Shown piece by piece: positions 28,373 through 35,500 of a stretch of DNA of 43,866 nt (position 1 is its first letter; every line of letters begins with the position of its first letter). The notes beneath the pieces are model-generated. The model saw only the letters and a list, made by a program, of their open reading frames with translations. It was not told the origin of the DNA and searched no databases. Position numbers and translations under genes: made by a program. Origin of the DNA: an uncultured bacterium (lineage in GTDB: Bacteria; Patescibacteriota; Minisyncoccia; Phycocordibacterales; GWA1-40-21); the NCBI GenBank assembly GCA_903823865.1, contig CAIJUJ010000033.1, forward strand, positions 1 through 43,866, written 5' to 3'.

Positions 28373-29911
28373 TCAGTCTCTAAGCATTTTAATCTTAGCC
28401 CCCAAATTATTTAACCTTTTTGCTATATCTTCATAACCACGATTGATACTATATACATTTCTTAAAATTGATTTTCCTTCGGCGCCGAGCATTCCTATCA
28501 AAATAATTGCAGCTGGGCGAAGAGCTGGAGGACAGATAATTTCTGCTGGTTTTAGCTTAGTTTTTCCATTTACGTAAAATCTATGCTGGTCTGCCAAGAT
28601 GGTGTCTGCGCCAAGTTTGTCGAGCTCCTTATAATGAATTGCACGATTTTCATAAACCCAGTCATGAATCAATGTTTGCCCTTCTGCTTGTGTGGCAATA
28701 AGCGCAAAGAAGGGAAGATTGTCTATATTTAATCCTGGATAAGGTCTAGATTCAATTTTGTCGTGAAGTGCTTTGAGCGTGGAAGGAAAAGTTTTGATAT
28801 CAACAAGGTCTGTTTTACCATTCAAAGCTTTATACTTTTTTGAGATTTTAAATTTAAAACCCATTTTTTTGAGTTTAAGTAATTCTATTTCAAGAAAATC
28901 AATTGGACATCTTTCAATTGTAATACCAGATTTTGTAACAGCAGCAACTGCAATAAAAAACATTGTATCAATAGGGTCTTCCGCGAGATAGTAAGTAATA
29001 TTTTTATTTATTTCTTTTACTCCATGTATTGTAATTGTCGTGGTACCAACTCCATCAATCTGAATTCCAAGTTCTTGCAAAAAGAAACACAAATCTTGTA
29101 CTTGATAGTTTGATGAAGCAAATTTAATTGTCGTTTTTCCAGGAATAAGTGCTGCAGCCATAATAGCGTTTTCTGTCACTGTATCTCCAGATTCATATAA
29201 TGCAAATTCTGCAGGCTTGAGTTTTTCTCTCGTGATTTCATAACTAAAATTTTTTGTTTTAATATTAACGCCAAAATTTTCAAGTGCAAAAAAATGTGGA
29301 GTAACAGTCCTATTTCCTAGCTTGCATCCACCTGAGTGGGGAAGAGAAAATTTTTTGTACATATGAATCAGCGGGCCAATAAACATAATGACACTGCGAG
29401 TTCTCTGTGCCGACTCTTTATTTATTTTTTTAATATCAATTTTTTTAGCTTCAATTTCCAAATCATTACCAACCCATTTGATTGAAACGCCAATGCTAGA
29501 CAGCGCTTCTATTATTCTATAAACCTCTTCAATTTTTGGAACATTTTTTAGGTTTGTTTTTCCTTTATTCATAAGTGATGCGGAAATAATTCCCATTGCA
29601 CCGTTTTTTGATGTTTTTGTAATAATGTTCCCAAAAAGTTTATGTCCGCCATCTATTTCAAAGTTGATTGCGCCAGTAGAGAGACTCATTATTTCGCTAC
29701 CAAGTACTTCACTGATTTTTGTTATCATTTCTGTTGTGAGATTTTGTTCACCACTTTCGATTCTGGCTATAACACTTTGTGTTGTACCAAGCTTTTCTGC
29801 GAATGCTGTTTGTGTAAAACCTTTTCTTTCGCGAATCTCTGCTATTAAATTTCCTATTTGAGATAATTTGCTTGCCCCGTTTGAATTTTCACTTGGTTTT
29901 AAATTTGACAT
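28373..29911 (-). CDS. murA: UDP-N-acetylglucosamine 1-carboxyvinyltransferase with N-terminal XRE HTH
   Basis: IRERKGFTQTAFAEKLGTTQSVIARIESG HTH; SKNG, GGCKLGNR catalytic Cys loop, PYPG, INRGYE. Confidence 0.93.
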   Translation of the reverse strand: MSNLKPSENSNGASKLSQIGNLIAEIRERKGFTQTAFAEKLGTTQSVIARIESGEQNLTTEMITKISEVLGSEIMSLSTGAINFEIDGGHKLFGNIITKTSKNGAMGIISASLMNKGKTNLKNVPKIEEVYRIIEALSSIGVSIKWVGNDLEIEAKKIDIKKINKESAQRTRSVIMFIGPLIHMYKKFSLPHSGGCKLGNRTVTPHFFALENFGVNIKTKNFSYEITREKLKPAEFALYESGDTVTENAIMAAALIPGKTTIKFASSNYQVQDLCFFLQELGIQIDGVGTTTITIHGVKEINKNITYYLAEDPIDTMFFIAVAAVTKSGITIERCPIDFLEIELLKLKKMGFKFKISKKYKALNGKTDLVDIKTFPSTLKALHDKIESRPYPGLNIDNLPFFALIATQAEGQTLIHDWVYENRAIHYKELDKLGADTILADQHRFYVNGKTKLKPAEIICPPALRPAAIILIGMLGAEGKSILRNVYSINRGYEDIAKRLNNLGAKIKMLRD

Positions 29912-29988
29912 GACGTTGGTATTTATTAAATATAAGTTATTAAAAAATATTGATAATTGTTAAAAAATTCTTTACGGGGTTTGACATT

Positions 29989-30121
29989 GACCGAGAAAAT
30001 TTTTGCTGATGAAAATGTGTTGATATTAAATGATTAGTAAATTTTTATTAATATTATGTTTATCAAAAGGTATGTCTGTAGGCTATTCATTTTCAACACA
30101 TCAGCAAAAACTTTAACGGGT
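29989..30121 (-). repeat. 133-bp inverted-arm element, divergent copy 4 (upstream of murA)
   Basis: Reverse complement reads ACCCGTTAAAGTTTTTGCTGATGTGTTGAAAAT…CAACACATTTTCATCAGCAAAAATTTTCTCGGTC, with compensatory changes in both arms. Confidence 0.85.
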
Positions 30122-30343
30122 AAATTATAGCATATCGGCTATAAAATAGAATAGTTTAAAAGTAGCAAGTTGTAAGTTAAAAAGTAAATTTATAATTTCC
30201 AATCTACGCCATGGCGTAGATTAGAATTAATACATTTTTGGTGAGTTTGCAATTAATCAAAAAAAAGCTAATATATGTTTATAAGATTTCAGTTGCATTT
30301 TACAACTTTCAACTTAGAACTTTTAACTTTAAAACTTAATCAT

Positions 30344-31357
30344 ATGTCATTTTTTGTTAGAAAACTTGGAATAGATTTGGGAACTGCAAATACACTTGTG
30401 TTTGTGCCTGGCAAAGGAGTCGTTCTTTTTGAACCTTCTGTTGTTGCTATTTCAGAACAAGATAACAAAATTCTCGCTGTTGGTGTGGAGGCAAAAAATA
30501 TGATTGGAAAAACTCCAGACAGCATCATTGCTTATAGACCAATGAAAGATGGTGTTATTGCTGACTATCGTGTCACCGAAGCTATGCTCCGCTATTTTAT
30601 GGATAAAGCTTTAGGGAAGTGGAATATTTTTAAACCAGAAGTGATGGTGTCAGTTCCAGCTGGAGTTTCTTCCACAGAAAGAAGAGCTGTTGTTGAAGCT
30701 GCTATTCGTGCTGGTGCAAAAAATGCTTATGTTGTGAAAGAGCCGATTCTTGCTGCTATCGGTGCAGGAATCCCTATTTATGAACCAATGGGTCACATGA
30801 TTGTGGATATTGGAGGAGGAACAACTGATGTTGCCGTTATTTCACTTGGTGGAATTGTTGCTTCAACTTCTGTAAAATGTGCCGGAAATAAAATTGATGC
30901 TGCGATTGCCGATTATATTAAAAAAACTTTTAATCTTGCGATTGGAGATAAAACCGCCGAACAAATTAAAATCACAATTGGAAGTGCTGTGCCGATGGAA
31001 GAAGAATTGTCAGTGATTATAAAAGGAAGAGATTTTTTGACAGGCCTTCCTCGCTCAACTGAAATTAAAACAAATGAAATTGTAAAAGGAATTTCAAAAG
31101 AGCTTAAAGATATGATAAAAGCGATTAAAGATGTTTTACAGGAAACTCCGCCAGAGCTTGCCGCAGATATTATTGACAATGGAATTATTATGACAGGTGG
31201 ATCTTCTCAGCTTAGAAATCTTACAGAACTTGTTTTTAGAAGAGTTGGGGTAAAAGCTGTTGTTGCAAAAGACCCGCTTTACTGTGTTGCAAAGGGGACT
31301 GGTGTTGCACTTGAGCATTTAGATACTTATAAAAAATCTATCATAGCTAAAAGATAA
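30344..31357 (+). CDS. mreB: Rod-shape actin MreB/Mbl paralog 1
   Basis: LGIDLGTANT, RPMKDGVIAD, DIGGGTTD, TGG. Confidence 0.95.
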   Translation: MSFFVRKLGIDLGTANTLVFVPGKGVVLFEPSVVAISEQDNKILAVGVEAKNMIGKTPDSIIAYRPMKDGVIADYRVTEAMLRYFMDKALGKWNIFKPEVMVSVPAGVSSTERRAVVEAAIRAGAKNAYVVKEPILAAIGAGIPIYEPMGHMIVDIGGGTTDVAVISLGGIVASTSVKCAGNKIDAAIADYIKKTFNLAIGDKTAEQIKITIGSAVPMEEELSVIIKGRDFLTGLPRSTEIKTNEIVKGISKELKDMIKAIKDVLQETPPELAADIIDNGIIMTGGSSQLRNLTELVFRRVGVKAVVAKDPLYCVAKGTGVALEHLDTYKKSIIAKR

Positions 31358-31374
31358 TAAAATAATGACCTCCT

Positions 31375-31960
31375 CCCCGGGTTCCGCTACGCTGCGCCCG
31401 GGGTTTCCTTTTCAAGCATGAGGATTCTAGTTGAACAATCTGAGTTTTTGTGGCACATCTTTCTTGCCCTGCCATTTTATATATTTTCGTACTTGAGTTT
31501 CGTTCAATCCTATTGTTGATGAAAAATATCCAACACTCCAGATGCCGTCTTTTTCGAGGTATATCTCGCGTATAAATTTAAATTTTGAACGCAAATATCT
31601 ACTTGATATTGCTTTCAGTTTTCCGACAGCATCTGAGATTGTGATATTTGGTGGTACTTCAATCTGCATGTGAACATGATCCTCATCAGTATTCAAGGTT
31701 TCAATCCAGAGTGTTGGATATTTTTTCACAGTCGCGTACAATATTTTCTTCAACTCTATTAGTACATATGGCTTCAGTATTTTTCTTCTATACTTTGTAC
31801 CCCATATTACGTGGTATTGATGTTGATATGTGGAGTGATTTAGATTACGAATCCTCATGGAAACAGCATATCACGTTTAGTGAACATGGTGGTACTTTCT
31901 ACCCCCGCCCTCCGGAGTTCAAACAAATACCCTTATCTTGGGGATGTTCCGGGCGGGGTT
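31375..31960 (-). mobile_element. IS200/IS605-family element (tnpA only) with subterminal hairpins
   Basis: tnpA flanked by CCCCGGG…CCCGGGG (31375-31403) and ACCCCGCCC…GGGCGGGGT (31901-31959); exact ends not determined. Confidence 0.7.
31427..31858 (-). CDS. tnpA: IS200-type Y1 HUH transposase
   Basis: YHVIWGTKYRR, DHVHM (HUH), WSVGYF, KYIKWQ (catalytic Tyr). Confidence 0.95.
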   Translation of the reverse strand: MRIRNLNHSTYQHQYHVIWGTKYRRKILKPYVLIELKKILYATVKKYPTLWIETLNTDEDHVHMQIEVPPNITISDAVGKLKAISSRYLRSKFKFIREIYLEKDGIWSVGYFSSTIGLNETQVRKYIKWQGKKDVPQKLRLFN

Positions 31961-31969
31961 CTGGGAAAG

Positions 31970-32005
31970 AAAAGGTGGGGCGACCTTCGGTCGCCCCACC
32001 TTTTT
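31970..32005. terminator. Bidirectional GC hairpin
   Basis: AAAAGGTGGGGCGACC-TTC-GGTCGCCCCACCTTTT. Confidence 0.7.
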
Positions 32006-32027
32006 AATTTGTCTATTTCTGCTATTT

Positions 32028-32167
32028 ACCCGATAAAGTTTTTGCCAATGTTTATCAAAAATTTCTTACTCTAAACTAAATTACAGTTAATATTATTTTG
32101 TGCTACAATTTTGATATCATCACGCGAGCAGAATAAACAATTTTTATTGGCAAAAATTTTCTCGGGT
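32028..32167 (+). repeat. 140-bp inverted-arm promoter element, copy 5 (before holB)
   Basis: ACCCGATAAAGTTTTTGCCAAT…TGCTACAAT…ATTGGCAAAAATTTTCTCGGGT; ATG 12 nt later. Confidence 0.9.
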
Positions 32168-32179
32168 GAATAAATAGTA

Positions 32180-32908
32180 ATGAAAAGCTTAAACTTATCA
32201 ATAAAAAACAACAACTTACACCACGCCTATTGTATTTTGGGTGATTCTACTGATGTTATAAATGAACTAAAAACATTCTTTTTGAAAGAACTAAATTTTT
32301 CTGTGGCAGACAACCCAGATTATTGGTACGGAAAATTTGATGTCATGGATATTGAAGATGGCAGAGCAATAAAAAACTCACACCAAAATAAGCCAATCGA
32401 AGGAGATAAAAAAATATTTGTAGTTTCAGCAAATTTTATTACCGAAAAAGCTCAAAATGCAATGTTAAAACTTTTTGAAGAACCAAGAGGCGATACGCAT
32501 TTCTTTTTGGTATTGCCGTCGTTAAGTAATATTATTCCAACTTTCCGCTCAAGGTTTTTTGTTATTGATGCAAATGAGTCCAACGATTCAATAATAAATC
32601 CAAAAGAATTTTTACAAATGTCTTTAGGAAAGAGAATGGATTCTGTGAAAAAGATTTGCGGGAATGTTTTCCACGAAAAGTCTAGAGACCTCGTGGCAAG
32701 CGATGATGAAAAAAGTAAAATCGAAATCATTAAATTTATCAATGCGCTCGAAGTTGAACTTAAGGAAAGAATTGATTTTTTGAAAACCAGCAAGGGTGAA
32801 ATAAAAGTTTTTGAAGAAATTGAGAAAGTGCGACAATATGCTGGTGAGCAATCTCCATCATTAAAAATGTTATTAGAACATTTATCATTAGTTTTACCTG
32901 TATCTTGA
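32180..32908 (+). CDS. holB: DNA polymerase III delta'-like clamp-loader subunit (short)
   Basis: HHAY, NPD, AQNAMLKLFEEP, PTFRSR. Confidence 0.8.
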   Translation: MKSLNLSIKNNNLHHAYCILGDSTDVINELKTFFLKELNFSVADNPDYWYGKFDVMDIEDGRAIKNSHQNKPIEGDKKIFVVSANFITEKAQNAMLKLFEEPRGDTHFFLVLPSLSNIIPTFRSRFFVIDANESNDSIINPKEFLQMSLGKRMDSVKKICGNVFHEKSRDLVASDDEKSKIEIIKFINALEVELKERIDFLKTSKGEIKVFEEIEKVRQYAGEQSPSLKMLLEHLSLVLPVS

Positions 32909-32910
32909 AT

Positions 32911-32983
32911 TGTCATTCCCGCGAAGGCGGGAATCTAGGTTGTATTTAATTAGTTTTGGATTCCCGCCTTCGCGAGAATGATA
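32911..32983. repeat. 73-bp dRS3/REP-like double palindrome, copy 2
   Basis: TGTCATTCCCGCGAAGGCGGGAATC…GATTCCCGCCTTCGCGAGAATGATA. Confidence 0.85.
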
Positions 32984-33029
32984 CAAAAACTATTTTGTTT
33001 TTATATTTATTTTAAGTTATAATATTCAT

Positions 33030-33581
33030 ATGTCATACGATTTTAAAAAATTAAAAGATAGTATTAAAGGTTCGGAAGAATGGTTGAAAAAAGAATATTC
33101 TGGTCTAAGAACTGGTATTGCGAGTCCATCTATTTTAGATGGTGTGCAAGTTGAGGTTTATGGTTCAAGAATGCCGATAAACCAAGTTGCAAATATTGGT
33201 ATTGAAGATGCACGAGTTATCAGAATTACTCCTTGGGATAAATCACAATCAAAAGCAATTGAAAAAGCCATCACAGTTGCCAATCTTGGTGTGTCTGTTG
33301 GTATCGATGATAAAGGTGTCAGAATATTTTTCCCGGAATTAACGGGTGACAGAAGGGCACTACTCATAAAAACAGCAAAAGCTAAACTTGAAGATGCAAA
33401 AGTAAATATTAGGGGTTTTAGAGACATCGCTTCTACAGAAATAGATACACAAGAGAAAAAAGGCGGAATGGGAGAAGACGATAAATTTAGATACAAAAAA
33501 GAAATGCAAAAAATTGTTGATGAAGGAAATGCATCCCTTGAAGCACTGCTTGTTAAAAAAGAGAAAGAAATTAATTCCTAG
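33030..33581 (+). CDS. frr: Ribosome recycling factor
   Basis: LRTGIASPSILD, YGSRMPINQVA, PWDK, PELT..RR, KEKEI. Confidence 0.96.
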   Translation: MSYDFKKLKDSIKGSEEWLKKEYSGLRTGIASPSILDGVQVEVYGSRMPINQVANIGIEDARVIRITPWDKSQSKAIEKAITVANLGVSVGIDDKGVRIFFPELTGDRRALLIKTAKAKLEDAKVNIRGFRDIASTEIDTQEKKGGMGEDDKFRYKKEMQKIVDEGNASLEALLVKKEKEINS

Positions 33582-33716
33582 CCCGTTAAAGTTTTTGCCA
33601 ATGTTTGTTAAAAATTGGTCATATACACCAAAACATGATTTTGTATAAAAGTAATTTAAAACAGTTGATTGTAACGTCGAGACAAACAATTTTTATTGGC
33701 AAAAATTTTCTCGGGT
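33581..33716 (+). repeat. 136-bp inverted-arm element, copy 6 (before the peptidase-rseP operon)
   Basis: GCCCGTTAAAGTTTTTGCCAATGTTTGTTAAAAATT…GACAAACAATTTTTATTGGCAAAAATTTTCTCGGGT-AA-ATG. Confidence 0.9.
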
Positions 33717-33718
33717 AA

Positions 33719-34357
33719 ATGATTTATAAAATTAAAGAGTATAAAAATAAGCTAATTGAAAAAGCTTATCGTGATGGGATGAAGGAATCTAATGCCTTTT
33801 TTGGCACCAACTGGGTTTATGGTTTACCAAATGTTCTTATTTTGAATAATAGGAAAGAAATAGATAACTTTATGGGTCAGAAAAGTATGGGAAGAAGCGT
33901 TGGTTTTTCTGGTCACAGAATTGTATACATACTTGATAATAATAATATGGAAAAAGAAAGTATTCACAAAAAACTTTCTGATGCAGATTATTATACTCTG
34001 ATCAAACATGAGATTTGTCATTTGTTTTATTATAAGTATTCTCATAATTGTATAAAACCCAAATGGCTTTGGGAGGGGGTATCAATATATTTGTCAAAAC
34101 AAACTGTGTATACAAAACCAAAATCATTTTTGATGTTCATTGATTCGGATACAAAAAATGTTGACAGTGCTTTTTATGAAGGTGGTTTTGCTGTCAAATT
34201 GCTAATTGAAAATTTTGGTAAGAAAAAAATACTTAAACTCATTTCTCGTTCCAGCGAGGTAAAAAATAAAAATGAATTTTCAAAATTGTTTAAAAAAATA
34301 TACAATTTTGATTTAAATTACAAAAATTTTAATAATTTGTTAAAAAAAAATAAATAA
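33719..34357 (+). CDS. Peptidase MA-like (gluzincin) protein
   Basis: HEICH…PKWLWEGVSIY. Confidence 0.75.
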   Translation: MIYKIKEYKNKLIEKAYRDGMKESNAFFGTNWVYGLPNVLILNNRKEIDNFMGQKSMGRSVGFSGHRIVYILDNNNMEKESIHKKLSDADYYTLIKHEICHLFYYKYSHNCIKPKWLWEGVSIYLSKQTVYTKPKSFLMFIDSDTKNVDSAFYEGGFAVKLLIENFGKKKILKLISRSSEVKNKNEFSKLFKKIYNFDLNYKNFNNLLKKNK

Positions 34358-35451
34358 TGACTATTGTCCTATTTTTAATTATACTTGCAGCTCTTGTTTT
34401 TGTGCATGAGCTCGGGCATTTTGTTATGGCCAAACTTTTTGGTATACGAGTTGATGAATTTGCTATTGGTTTCCCCCCTAAAATTTTTGGTTGGAAATCT
34501 GGCGAGACACAGTATAGTTTGAATTTGATTCCACTTGGTGGGTATGTCAAAATTTTTGGTGAAGATCCAAACGACGAGTCAATTTCTGGCCCTGACAGTA
34601 CACGAAGTTTTGTAAATGCAAAAAAATGGAAACAGATTGTTGTGTTGCTCTCTGGTATTTTTATGAACTTAGTTTTTGCATGGCTTTTAATTTCCGCTTC
34701 ATTTAATTTTGGTTTGCTTACATCTATTGAAGACCAATATACAAATAACGCAAAAAATATTTCTGTGGTTGTTTTGTCTGTTTTAAAGAATTCTCCAAGT
34801 GAAATTGCGGGACTAAAAGAAGGAGATAAAATTTTGAGTATAGAAGCAGGAAATAAAAAAATTATTACTCCGCTTGTTGCAGATATTCAAAATATTATTG
34901 CAGAAAGTAAAGACAAAATTAATATTGAATATCAAAGAATGAACGCAACTGGCACAGTAAGTATTTTGGCTAAGGACGGAGTTGTGGATGGAAGAAAAGC
35001 GATTGGAATTTCTATGGCTTTGGTGGGAACAGTTCGTTATGGTTTTTTTCAATCTTTTTATGAAGGAGCAAAACTAACCGCAATTGAAACTTCAAATATT
35101 GCCACAGGAATTTTTGATTTTATTGTCGGTGCATTTAAAGGCCAAAGCGGTTTGCTTTCGCAAATTACAGGGCCGGTGGGAATTGCAGGGATGGTGGGGC
35201 AGGCAAGTAGTATGGGGCTTTCATATTTGTTTGGTTTTATTGCTATGATTTCAATAAATTTAGCGATGTTAAATCTTGTTCCATTTCCTGCCCTTGATGG
35301 CGGAAGAGTTTTTTTTGTTTTAATTGAGACGGTGATAAGAAGAAAAATTAAACCCGCAATTGCAAATTGGACAAACATGATTGGTTTTGGACTTCTGATT
35401 GCACTCATGCTTTTTATAACTTACAAAGATATTTTGAAGTTGTTTAAGTAA
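34357..35451 (+). CDS. rseP: RIP metalloprotease RseP (M50, PDZ)
   Basis: HELGH, PLGGYV, PDZ (SPSEIAGLKEGD), NLVPFPALDGG. Confidence 0.95.
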   Translation: MTIVLFLIILAALVFVHELGHFVMAKLFGIRVDEFAIGFPPKIFGWKSGETQYSLNLIPLGGYVKIFGEDPNDESISGPDSTRSFVNAKKWKQIVVLLSGIFMNLVFAWLLISASFNFGLLTSIEDQYTNNAKNISVVVLSVLKNSPSEIAGLKEGDKILSIEAGNKKIITPLVADIQNIIAESKDKINIEYQRMNATGTVSILAKDGVVDGRKAIGISMALVGTVRYGFFQSFYEGAKLTAIETSNIATGIFDFIVGAFKGQSGLLSQITGPVGIAGMVGQASSMGLSYLFGFIAMISINLAMLNLVPFPALDGGRVFFVLIETVIRRKIKPAIANWTNMIGFGLLIALMLFITYKDILKLFK

Positions 35452-35500
35452 TTTTTTTGTATTTGCACACAGTAATCATTTAATGTAATATATAAATAAC

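Noticed and set aside
31860-32030. tnpB or omega-RNA associated with tnpA
   Set aside because: No TnpB/IscB ORF on either side; only hairpins are present.
10368-33716. 137-bp element as a CRISPR array or integron attC sites
   Set aside because: Copies are dispersed rather than tandem, and there is no cas or intI gene. They precede housekeeping genes and lack properly placed RYYYAAC/GTTRRRY ends.
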